Shown here: piece after piece, positions 46,122 through 56,000 of the stretch
How the letters are laid out: each line of letters begins with the position of its first letter
Position numbering within the stretch: the first letter of the stretch is position 1
Origin: Planctomycetota bacterium
Lineage (GTDB): Bacteria > Planctomycetota > Brocadiia > JAADGH01
Direction of reading: 5' to 3'
Length of the DNA: 64,000 bases
NCBI GenBank assembly: GCA_040755855.1
Contig: JBFMAD010000001.1
Span: 256,001 to 320,000 of the forward strand
Translations under genes and position numbers: made by a program
The notes under the pieces: generated by a model
Told to the model about the DNA's origin: nothing
The model's input: the letters and a program-made list of their open reading frames with translations, nothing else
The model's database searches: none

Positions 46122-47756
46122 TTACTGGACGCTTGTGACGTCGGTTTCTTTTCCATTCGCGCTGTTCGCGATCCGGATATCCTCGGCCGTCCGCCTGGCG
46201 ATATCTCGATTCAGCCAGATGATGTCTTCCTGCGCGACCTTCTCCAACGCGGGCAGAGATTGCGTCGAGGCGGTGTGGCCAAGTCCGACCACGCTGCCGT
46301 ATCGCACATCGCGCGGGGCGTTGGGATCGGTGGCGAGGGCCTCCAGCGCCTTGCGAGCGTCCTCGGTCCCGATGTGGCCGAGGGCGTCGCACAGGTAGCC
46401 GAGCCATCGAACGGTCTGGGCCTGACGCTGCTTTTTTCCATCCACTTCACGAAACTCGCCCGTGTGTTTGGCCGAAACCGGCGATGTGCAGTCGGGGAAG
46501 GCGTAGCCCTCTTTGACGACAGCCAGAATCGGGCCGACGGCCTCGGGGACCTTCAGCTTGCCGAGGGTCATCCCCGAGTAGATTCGCACGAGGAGGATGT
46601 TGCTTCGGAGCAAAGGGATGAGACGCGGGACGAGGGCCTTGTCGTCGGCCAGGTCGTAGAATGCGCCGAGCATGGGGTCGCAGCCGCCGAAGCCTTCGCG
46701 GATGAATTCGGGTTTCAGTATTTCCCGCAGGTCGTCGAACAGGGGCTTGAGTTCCTTGGGGATGGCGGCGTCATTCGGTTTGCCCTCCATGTCGGCGAGG
46801 ACGAGACCGACCACCATCGGCGCCTGGCCGCTGCGCCGGATCAGGTTGGCGGATACTCGCCGCAGGGGCGACGGCGGGTAGCGCATCTCCTCGCCCATGC
46901 CCTGGCGGATGACCGTGTGAAAGTTCCTGCACAATGGGGCGAGGAACTCCCCGCACTTGGTGGTCTTCACGCGATCCAGGTTCAGCATGAAATCGAGACT
47001 GCGATTGCGCCGAAATCCCTTGAGCAGCGCCTCCTCCGCCTCCTTCCCGCCGCGCCGACCGACCGCCCAGGCGGCTGCGGGGTTGCCTACGCTCGCCTGT
47101 TGGAGGAAGTAAGGCAGCGACTTCTCCCCGCCGACCCGGTCGAGCGCCTCGACGAGGGCCTTTCGCTCCTCGCCCTTGAGCGATTTTGATTCGGCGAGGA
47201 GTTTGAGGAGCGCATCCTCGCACGGCGGCGTCGCCATGCACCGCATCGCCCGCGCGGCGGCAGCGTGCTTCTCCGCGTCCGCCCCTGATAGATCGTCGAA
47301 TAGGCGCTTCTGTTTTTCCTCGATGGCCGACGCCTTCCACCACGCCTCCCACTCCGCTTTCTTTGGTCCAAGAGACGACTGGCCGGTCATAAGGCGCAGG
47401 GCGCGCAGCGCGTGCTCCTGCACCTGCCAGTCCGGATCATCCAGCCGCTCGATCAGGAGGGGGACGGACTTCTCCGTCCCGCACTCGGCCAGGGCCTGCA
47501 CCGTCTCGCGGCGGATCATCGGGTCCTTGTCCTTCAGCAGGTCCATGAGCTGCGACTCGAACTCAAAAGCCCGCAGGAACCGCGCCCCCTGGACGCCGTC
47601 CACGCGGACCTGCGGCGCGAGGCTTTTCAGGAAGGCGTGGAACCTGGCGATGTCCTCGCCGAGCACATCGGGGAACTGAGTGGAGCCATCGGCAAGAGAG
47701 AGGCCGGCGAGCCATACGCAGAGGAGGAGGCACATCGGTATGCGGAATCTCGGCAT
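46122..47756 (-). CDS. Secreted HEAT-repeat protein
   Basis: Signal peptide; multiple HEAT units (IRRETVQALAECG, VQEHALRAL, VRIYSGMTLGKL, VRYGSVVGLG). Confidence 0.75.
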   Translation of the reverse strand: MPRFRIPMCLLLCVWLAGLSLADGSTQFPDVLGEDIARFHAFLKSLAPQVRVDGVQGARFLRAFEFESQLMDLLKDKDPMIRRETVQALAECGTEKSVPLLIERLDDPDWQVQEHALRALRLMTGQSSLGPKKAEWEAWWKASAIEEKQKRLFDDLSGADAEKHAAAARAMRCMATPPCEDALLKLLAESKSLKGEERKALVEALDRVGGEKSLPYFLQQASVGNPAAAWAVGRRGGKEAEEALLKGFRRNRSLDFMLNLDRVKTTKCGEFLAPLCRNFHTVIRQGMGEEMRYPPSPLRRVSANLIRRSGQAPMVVGLVLADMEGKPNDAAIPKELKPLFDDLREILKPEFIREGFGGCDPMLGAFYDLADDKALVPRLIPLLRSNILLVRIYSGMTLGKLKVPEAVGPILAVVKEGYAFPDCTSPVSAKHTGEFREVDGKKQRQAQTVRWLGYLCDALGHIGTEDARKALEALATDPNAPRDVRYGSVVGLGHTASTQSLPALEKVAQEDIIWLNRDIARRTAEDIRIANSANGKETDVTSVQ

Positions 47757-47861
47757 GGGCTACTCCATCCATCGGAACCCACAAGACTCAACTGCAACCG
47801 AGCATACCACCAGAACGCGAAAAGATCAACAGACAATCTTTTCGGCTTCGAAGATGATTTG

Positions 47862-48671
47862 TCAGGGATTTTTCGCGTCGTCTTTCTCCGCCGCCAGGCG
47901 GGCGGAGTATTCCTTCCAGGTCTTCATGGACTGCGTCAGATGGGCGACCGGCTCCTCCTTCAGCCCATAGCATTGCAGACCGATGGGACCGTTAAAGCCA
48001 ACCGATTTGACTTTTTTCAAGAAGGCGTAAACATCGAAGTCCCCGTTGCCGAGGGGACGGATGAGGCGGTCCCATCCGGCGCTCTTCGCGTCTTTCACGC
48101 GGTCGGCCCCGTTCACGGTGACGACGAAGAGATGGTCCTTCATCTCGTCCACGATCTTCGGGAGTTCGTCGCCGTTGCCTGCCTTCAGCTCGTGGCAGAG
48201 GTTGATCGTCAGGCCGACGTTCTTGCGGTCCACTTCCTTCACGAAGCGGAGCGCATCCCGCGCCGTGGCCACATAAAACCCGAAGTGAGGATACAGGGCC
48301 ACCTTGACCCCCGCCTCCTCGGCCACGGATGCCAGATCGCGGATGAGCGCCGCGACCTTCGCATCGTCCTTCACCTTCCTGCCTCGGACGGTCAGCCAGA
48401 AGACGGTGTTCGTGCCTTTCATATCCCGGATGCGTTCCTGTAGGTTCGCGGGATACGGCGGCTCCTCATCCAGATTGATCCCGACATAGATGTTGCCGAT
48501 GGGAGCATAGCCGATCTCCTGCAGCTTCTCCTGCGGGACCTTTACGCTGTAGGCAAAGAACGGGTTCATCAATCCCTCCTCGGCGTGACCAGACGGCGTG
48601 AGCCGTACGAACCTGCCCGCGACAGCAAACAAGATGGCGGTGATTCCAATGCGGCAGCACCTATGATTCAT
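47862..48671 (-). CDS. Sugar phosphate isomerase/epimerase-like TIM barrel protein with possible signal peptide
   Basis: AAGGAGG RBS before ATG 48671; ALYPH, NLCHE, PLGNGDFD, GFNGPIGLQ. Confidence 0.7.
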   Translation of the reverse strand: MNHRCCRIGITAILFAVAGRFVRLTPSGHAEEGLMNPFFAYSVKVPQEKLQEIGYAPIGNIYVGINLDEEPPYPANLQERIRDMKGTNTVFWLTVRGRKVKDDAKVAALIRDLASVAEEAGVKVALYPHFGFYVATARDALRFVKEVDRKNVGLTINLCHELKAGNGDELPKIVDEMKDHLFVVTVNGADRVKDAKSAGWDRLIRPLGNGDFDVYAFLKKVKSVGFNGPIGLQCYGLKEEPVAHLTQSMKTWKEYSARLAAEKDDAKNP

Positions 48672-48721
48672 CGTTTCGTCCTCCTTGGGAGGCTCCGGCT
48701 TAGCCTTGCCCGATAGACGCT

Positions 48722-48761
48722 ATAAAAGCACCCCCAATCTCCGTACCGGATTGGGGGCGCT
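48722..48761 (-). terminator. Intrinsic terminator downstream of the giant-protein pair
   Basis: Minus strand AGCGCCCCCAATC-loop-GATTGGGGGTGCT followed by TTTAT. Confidence 0.7.
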
Positions 48762-48782
48762 GTTCATACTCTCCGTTGTGGA

Positions 48783-51700
48783 CTACTGCTTGTCCTTCTC
48801 CTCGTCCTCGTCTTCCTCGTCGAGCGCCTTTTCCTTGTCCGTGGATTCCGGTTCGTCCCGCGGCCCTTCCTTCTGCCTTGGCATGACGGCGCTGCGCGGA
48901 TCTTCCTTATCCGGTTTCTCGGGAAGCGTCGGGGGCTGCGGCTCGGACTCCTTTTGTCCGCGCGGCATCAGGTCCTGGCGGCTCACGTTGGTCGGGCGAT
49001 CCGAGTTCGACGGCGACGGCCCGCCGGACGAGAACCGCGCCGGGCCTGACGGCGAACGAGGCGGACGAGTGGCCTGCCACTTCTGAAGCGCGTTGCCGAG
49101 GATCAGCAGCAACGCCCCCGCGTCGAAGATCAGGATGCTGCCCATGACGACGTTAAGCAGCCCCTCAAAGGCCCCTGCGGCCAGCGTGCGCAGCATGAGC
49201 ACCACCACCGCCGCGGCAAGGAGGATGCCGAATCGTCCCAACTGCGGGAAGGACATCGCCCGCCAGGCGAAGAAGCAGCCCACGAGCACCAGGACGCCCA
49301 CGACCCCGTAGAAGGGGAGCGTGACATTGCCCTTGATATACCTCGCATAAATGCGCCCCGGCTCCTCGGGCGAGACGATGAGGCTCTGGAAGTAATACTT
49401 GTTCGGCAGGTCGGGCCGCTGGCCGGTGTAGATGGACCGCCGGCTTGCGCCCTGCTTGCCGCCCTGTCCGGCGGCGCGCTGTTCGAGCTGGGTTTCCACA
49501 TTCACATTGCTGATGGCCTGGAGGTTCTTGGCCAGCTCGCCGCCCGCTTGAGCAGGCGCATTCACCGAGACGCGCTTCATCTGGCTGACCGTGACGTCGG
49601 CGTCCAGCGACCGGAGCTGTGACTCGAATTCATAGGTCCCCTCTACCTGGTCCATGTTGCCCGAGTCGCTGATGATGCTGTAGCCGCTTGGCAGGGCGAC
49701 TTCCCACCCGAGGCGCATGATGCCGATGTTGATCCGCGGGCATGTGAGGTCAATCGTCCCGAACAGCCCCAGCTCTCCGCGCTTGGAACGGTATCGCAGC
49801 CGGACCTCGAAGGCATCGTCGCTCTTGCCCGCGCGGGCGATGGGGATCATGGTCACGATGATCGTGTCCTCGTCCCGATACTTCGGGAGGGACGCAGGCG
49901 GCTCGGCGGGAGCGGCGGCGGTGCGCGCCTCCTTCTCCGCCGCGGCGGCTGCCGGCTTCTCCTCGGCGATGGGCTTCGCCCCCGGCTTCGGCCTGCGCTC
50001 CTGCAGCGGGGTAACAGGCTCGGCCCCGACGAAGGCGTGGTCAATCCGCGCATCCTCCGGCAGTTGCAGTTCAAGGTACTGCTCCCGGCTGTTGCGCACG
50101 TCGCACACAAAGTCGGTGATGGTTTCGCCGATCTTGGTGACCGTCGTCTCCAGTTTGCACGTCTCGATAATCGCCACAGTCACCTCCGCCGGGTCGTGCA
50201 CGCTGGCCGCGAGCGCGGCCGTGTAGGGGTGCTCCAGATAGCGGTAGGCCGCGAGGATGGGGATCGTGATCCCGACCTTATACTCCTCCGGGATCTCCCG
50301 CTCGTCAATGGGCGTCAGCTTCTTCGTCGCGTCCATGTCCGGCTCGATCTCCACATCGGATCGCGCCGCGATGGCGATGTAGCCCGTGTCGCGCTCCACG
50401 TCGAGCGCCTGCACACCGGCGTACTCAAACTTGGTCTGCTCCTTCGGTATCTTGATCTGGAATGTGAAGAACAACCGATACTCACCCGTCTTTTTCGCCT
50501 GCAGCGTGACGGTCCAGACCTTCTTCTCCTTATCCTCATCCTTGTGGCGGATGGCCTCGCCGTTGATGTCCACATTCTCCGCACCCTCGGGCATCTTCAC
50601 CTTGAACGTCTCGACGCCGGCGTGGAGGATGCTGTACTTCACCGTCGCGCTCACCTGCACCAACTTCTCGCCGATGCTCACGAAGTTGAACGCCTCCGCG
50701 ATCACGCGCGAGGGGACCTGCTCCACCGACAGGCCCAGGGTCCACGGCGGGGCGAAGTACTTGTAGGCCAGCGCCACCGTCCCGCCGCCGATCTGCACGT
50801 CCCACGGCAGCTCGGTGATGTCAATGTCGTCCAGCCCCTTCATCTTCCCCTCGGCCGGCTTGAGGCGGATGCTGGTCTTCGTCTTGACGGCCAGGAAGCC
50901 GCGCTCCTTCTTCACGTCGAGGGCGCTGAGGACGGGGATGTCGAGGCCCTTTGTGATGTCTTCGAGCGTCTTCTGCGCCTCGATCTTGAGCTGGTATTCG
51001 CCCTCCACCTTGTTCTTCAGGCTGATGGTGAGCGTCTCGCTCGCCTCGTCCCAGCTCTGCTCGTCAATGTCGTCGCCGACCACGTCCTGCCGCCGCAGGT
51101 CCTTCGGAATCTTCACCTTGAGCTGGAAGACCCCCGCCTTGCGAATCTTGTAGAGGATCTCGGTGGTCAGGTTCATCTCCTTCTCGTCAATGGTGACGAG
51201 GTTGCGAATCTCCGCCTCGACCTCCGGCTGAATCTCGCTGATGTTCACCGTGATCTGGTAGCCCGGCTTGATGTACCGGAACGCCAGGTCCGCCGAGCCG
51301 TGGCAGGCCTGCAGCACCTCGGGAGGCAGCTCCTTCACGTCAATCTGGCTCGCGCCCTTGACGTCCACCGTCTCGACGCGAATCCCCGGCACGGCGCTCA
51401 TGGTCAGGAACCCGCGCTCGCGCTCGACCTCCACCAACTGAATGGACGGGATGACCACGCGCTGGGTCTGTTTCAGCTCCATCTCCGTCTCCAGCCCCAG
51501 GGAGTACGATCCCTCGGCCTTGGACCGGAGGTCAATCTTCAGAATCTTCGTCGCCGGATCGAGTTCCCAGTTGTTGATGTTCTCGCCCTTTACATCAATC
51601 AACTTCAGGCCCTCGGCCAGTTGCACCTTCAGGTGAAATACACCCGCGTCGCGAATCTGGTATTGGATCGTCGAGCTCAGCCGCAGCGAATCGAGGCTGG

Positions 51701-52892
51701 CCTTCACGCTCGTGGATACCTCCGCCGCGACCTTCGCCTCCACCTCCTCGGCGGAGAGTTTGATCTCGAACGGCCGCTTCAGATACTTGAACGCCAGCAG
51801 CGCGTCCTGCGCCTTCTGCGTGATCTGCTGCGGCAGGTCGCGCACGTCAATCTGCGAGATGTCCTTCACGTCCGTCGCCTCGATCTGGACCCCCTTCGCC
51901 GCCGTGACGGCGATGAACCCCTTCTCGCGGGCCACGTCCATCACCTCGATCTTCGGCACGTCGAAGACGACCGGGATCTTCTCCAGCACCCGCTCGATCT
52001 TCAGCATGATCTGGTGCGCGTCCTTCACCTCGCCGATGAGATCAATCTTCAGAATCTTCTCGCCGGTCTTCTCCTCGATGTCCCACGACCGAATCTCCTT
52101 CCCGTCAAGGCTCAGCAGGCTGCAGTCCTTCGGCAGCTTCACCGCAAACTTGTTCACCTTGCCTTGGAGGACGGCGTAGTCCACTGTGCTGTCCACGCGG
52201 AGGACGCCGCGGCCCACCTCCATCACCGCCATCTGGTCGGCGAAGACGATCGCCTCCAGCTCGCGCTCGGGGGCCTTCGGAATCCACTTGAGGACGACCA
52301 GCTCAGACGTGCCGCCATAGACCGTCACCAGGCACTCCTTCTCGCCCAGTTGCTTCGTCTCGAAACTCACCTCCGGCTCGGTCGTCACCTCCACATCGGG
52401 CAGCGGCAGCGACAGCTCGACCACCGACTTCACCGCCGGCGCCAGAGGGAGGGTGATGCTCTTCTCGCTCTTCACCTCCTTGATGCGCTGGACGAACTCG
52501 ATGGCGATGTCATACTTGCCCTTGTTCTCAATGAGCAGGTCCACGCTGTCGCCGCTGCGAACGAGATGGACCCCCTTGCTGAAGAGGCCGCCGCTCACCG
52601 ACAGCTTCGAGATCGAGATGTCGCCGATGAGCAGGCGCACCTGCTGCTTGCGATCCTCCAGGACCTCAATCTTGAGCTGCATGTCGAACTTGGCGACCTT
52701 CTCCACCACCTTGCCCTTCGCCGTCATCTCGCTGATGACATAGTCCAGGGTCGGACTCGGGGGCGGCACGGGGATGATCTTCGGGACGGGTTCCTTTCCC
52801 TTCACCTCGATCTTCACCGGCTCCGCCGCCCACACGCACTGGAACACGATCAGCAGCATCACCACGGCCCACAACACTCGATTCGGCCTCAT
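48783..52892 (-). CDS. Giant secreted/membrane-anchored protein with four ~170-aa beta-rich repeats and three C-terminal TM helices
   Basis: ATG 52892 after GGAGGG; signal peptide; repeats marked by ER(E)RGF(I/L)..QIDV.ELP..LAF(K/R)Y; 3 hydrophobic helices then a Pro/acidic tail. Confidence 0.75.
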   Translation of the reverse strand: MRPNRVLWAVVMLLIVFQCVWAAEPVKIEVKGKEPVPKIIPVPPPSPTLDYVISEMTAKGKVVEKVAKFDMQLKIEVLEDRKQQVRLLIGDISISKLSVSGGLFSKGVHLVRSGDSVDLLIENKGKYDIAIEFVQRIKEVKSEKSITLPLAPAVKSVVELSLPLPDVEVTTEPEVSFETKQLGEKECLVTVYGGTSELVVLKWIPKAPERELEAIVFADQMAVMEVGRGVLRVDSTVDYAVLQGKVNKFAVKLPKDCSLLSLDGKEIRSWDIEEKTGEKILKIDLIGEVKDAHQIMLKIERVLEKIPVVFDVPKIEVMDVAREKGFIAVTAAKGVQIEATDVKDISQIDVRDLPQQITQKAQDALLAFKYLKRPFEIKLSAEEVEAKVAAEVSTSVKASLDSLRLSSTIQYQIRDAGVFHLKVQLAEGLKLIDVKGENINNWELDPATKILKIDLRSKAEGSYSLGLETEMELKQTQRVVIPSIQLVEVERERGFLTMSAVPGIRVETVDVKGASQIDVKELPPEVLQACHGSADLAFRYIKPGYQITVNISEIQPEVEAEIRNLVTIDEKEMNLTTEILYKIRKAGVFQLKVKIPKDLRRQDVVGDDIDEQSWDEASETLTISLKNKVEGEYQLKIEAQKTLEDITKGLDIPVLSALDVKKERGFLAVKTKTSIRLKPAEGKMKGLDDIDITELPWDVQIGGGTVALAYKYFAPPWTLGLSVEQVPSRVIAEAFNFVSIGEKLVQVSATVKYSILHAGVETFKVKMPEGAENVDINGEAIRHKDEDKEKKVWTVTLQAKKTGEYRLFFTFQIKIPKEQTKFEYAGVQALDVERDTGYIAIAARSDVEIEPDMDATKKLTPIDEREIPEEYKVGITIPILAAYRYLEHPYTAALAASVHDPAEVTVAIIETCKLETTVTKIGETITDFVCDVRNSREQYLELQLPEDARIDHAFVGAEPVTPLQERRPKPGAKPIAEEKPAAAAAEKEARTAAAPAEPPASLPKYRDEDTIIVTMIPIARAGKSDDAFEVRLRYRSKRGELGLFGTIDLTCPRINIGIMRLGWEVALPSGYSIISDSGNMDQVEGTYEFESQLRSLDADVTVSQMKRVSVNAPAQAGGELAKNLQAISNVNVETQLEQRAAGQGGKQGASRRSIYTGQRPDLPNKYYFQSLIVSPEEPGRIYARYIKGNVTLPFYGVVGVLVLVGCFFAWRAMSFPQLGRFGILLAAAVVVLMLRTLAAGAFEGLLNVVMGSILIFDAGALLLILGNALQKWQATRPPRSPSGPARFSSGGPSPSNSDRPTNVSRQDLMPRGQKESEPQPPTLPEKPDKEDPRSAVMPRQKEGPRDEPESTDKEKALDEEDEDEEKDKQ

Positions 52893-52944
52893 CTCTAACC
52901 CTCCAAAGTGGTCCATAATGCGGTATCTCTTTCTTCCTCTTTCT

Positions 52945-53015
52945 TGTAGGAGGGGAATCCTTTCCCCGACTCTTCGTTGCGCCGTAACGGTCGGGGATGG
53001 GAATCCCCTCCTACA
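52945..53015. repeat. GTAG-type REP inverted doublet (REPIN-like)
   Basis: GTAGGAGGGGAATCCTTTCCCCGAC (52946-52970) and an inverted copy GTAGGAGGGGATTCCCATCCCCGAC (53014-52990). Confidence 0.8.
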
Positions 53016-53019
53016 GTTG

Positions 53020-56000
53020 TTAGACGGACGTTCCCGCCCGAAGTTTCACAAGCATCCGAATCGCAAGAATAATCATCGCCAGCGTCAGCGCGCACACGGC
53101 AATGACATAATACGCATCGCTCGCGGGCGTGGCCATCGTCGTCCGGGCCAGCGCCGCCATCATCAGGCCGACGAAACTTGCGACCAGCATCACCCCCGTC
53201 CGCCGCCAGCCGATCCCCAGCGCCGCCCCGAGGATCACAATGGCGATCACCCCTTGCAGGCACAGGGCCGCGCCGGTGCGGATGCAACTGATCCGGATCG
53301 TCCCCTGCACGTCGCCCGCCAGGGGCATCTGGAACTTGTAGGGCACGGTCCCCGCCGTGGGCACCGTCAGCTCGATCGGCAGGGCCCCCTTCGCCTGGCC
53401 GCCGACGACCTTGGTCAGGAGCGTCGCGCCCTCGCCTTCGCGCTGCATGTCGGTCTGTTGCTGGATCGCCTGGGCCAGCGTCCCCACGCCGGTCGCCGCG
53501 GCGGTGCTCGCCGCCGCCAGCCGGGTCGTCGAGGCGGAGATCATGTTGGCGACGCTTCGGCTGCGCCACCAGCCCACGTCCACGCCGCTGTCCTTCACGC
53601 GCTGGAGGACGCCCCGCGCCTCGCCCCATTTGCCCGCATCGAAGAGCGTCTTGCCCTCGTCGTAGAGTTTGAGCATCTCGGTTTTCTTCACGATCTCCGC
53701 CGCGTCGGCGGGCTTGCTCTCCGGCTCGGCCGCAGGGGTCTCGGCGGGAGGCCGAGCCGCGGGCTTCGCCGGAGCGACGATGCCCGGCGGGGGCGGCGCC
53801 AAGGGAACGGCCTGTGTCGCCCTCGCTTCCTTTTCCTTCATCACCTCCGCCTTGGCCTCCTCGGGCTTGGCCGTCTCTGAGCCAACTGCCCCTCCTACCA
53901 CGCGCTGGCGACGCATGTCGTCGAGGACCTTTCGCGCCTCGTCGTGCTTGCCCTCTGCGCGGAGTTTACGGTAATGCTCGACGGCGGCGCGAACGTCCGC
54001 CGCGCGCTCCTCGACGACTTGCACCGCTTCGCCGGTGGCGGGTCCGCGCGCCCCGGCGGGCTGGCCTTGTCCCTGTTCGCCCCCGACTCGCCCACGAACC
54101 GGCGCATCTTTGGGCACCTGCACTGCCAGCATATCCCCCACTTGTGGCTCCGCCTGCTGCTTCGTCAGCTCCTGGGCCTGCTGCATCTGTGCGCCGGCGA
54201 CGGCCGCCATGCCCTTCACGCGGTCGAGGCGCTGCTGCACCTGGACATTGCTCGCGTCGAGCTGCTGGGCCGTCTCCAGGTCGCGCTGGGCCTCGTTCAG
54301 GCGGCCCTGCTTTTCGAATGAAGCGGCCCGGTTGAGCAACTGATCGGCCTCGACCTGTTGAATCTTCTTCTTCTCGTCCTGTTGCATCTCCGACTGCGAC
54401 TTCTTCTTGTTCCGGAGGAGGAGCTGCTGGGGCGCCTGCTGCTGCGCGGCCTGAAGCGAATCCTCAACCCCCTCCGTGCTTGACGGCTTGCCCTGGATGT
54501 CCTTGGCACGTTTTCCGCCGACCTCGTCATCAACTACGGCCAGCTCGGTCGCGGCGGCCTTGGCCATATTCTTGTCCCTGTCATATTTATCCGCACCGGC
54601 CCGCCCATCCCGCTCGACCAGCGCCTTCTCGTGCATCTCTCTCGCGCGCTCGGAGGTGTAACGGGTCTTGGCTTTGGCTCCACCGTCATACTCGGGATAC
54701 TCCACGTCCGTAATTCGCGATGGCGCCTTCTGCTGCCGGACGCCGATCTCCTCCATCTCCTGGGGCGCGGTCGCTGCTTGAGGGGCGGCGGCGGGCATGG
54801 CCTTCCTGCTTTCCATGCGCCAGCCGTATGCGTCTTTAGCGGGTTCGCGTTTGGCTGGGGACGGCACAAATTTGGTTTGGAGCCTGTCCTCCGCCTCCAT
54901 GGGCATCCTTTCCATGTCCGCCCCAGGCTTACTCCGCATCATCGTCGGCATGAGGATGGATGCGAGGATGAACGCGAGCAGGAGGATAATCGTCGCGCTG
55001 ACGAATATACGCGCCAGCGACGAGCGCAGGCCCGCCCTGAGCCAGAGCCAGACCACTGCAAAGACAACGATGAGCACAATAGCGACGGGGAAGAGCAATC
55101 CCTTCAGGAGATTCAACCCGATCCCCAAGAGTGCCTGGATGTACGACCAAATGATCGCCACCAGGCTGACGTCCGGTGTGGCGGGAATCTGCATCTCCAT
55201 GTTGCCGCTCGTGCCGCGAATCTGGTAGTCGCGCGGGAAGAAGACGTCCCACTGCACCTTGCCGACGGAGACGTCCGGGTCGGGCGTGATGAAGTCAATG
55301 GTCCTCATCACGCCGAGCGTCGGGAGCGGATTGGCCCAGATGACGCTGACGTCGAAGGACCTGTCGGCGCCGCCCTTGCTCATGATGGGGATGAGGATCG
55401 CCCCGTCGCCTGTCTTGTTGGATTTCACCGGCTCGCCGCGGATGTAGGTCCCCCACAGGTCCGCGCCCTTGCCGAGGTCCAGCTTCAGGAACTGCTTGCG
55501 GGAGTTCTGGACCTTGAAGGTGAGGTAGTTCACCGCCTGGCCCTGGGGCTTGACGATGGTCTTGATGATGCACTCCTCGGCGCGGGCCTTGGCGACCTCC
55601 GCGCGGGCAAGGCTGGTGACGTCGAAGTCCAGCTCGCGCTTGGGGTCGGTGAAGCGATAGGAGCGAACGATGGGGATCGTGACGCGGCTGACGAAGTCTG
55701 GCGGCAGGGCCGACTCGTCCACCGGCGTCACGGAGCGGACGGGGCGCATCTTGATCTCCGCGTCGCTCCTGGCCTGAGCGACGACGATGAATCCCTGGAC
55801 CCGCTCGGCCCTGGGGAGGGTGATGCCGGTGAAGTTGAGCTGCCCCGACGCGCCGCTGATGGCCTGCTCGTAGTTGACCCAGACGACGAGTTGGCCCTTC
55901 ATCTTGTTGCGGAGGGTGATGTGCCACGTGCCGTTGATGAACTCGCTGGTCTTGATCTCGTCGCCGTCCACGGTGGAGTTGACGGCCTTCGGAGGCAGGA

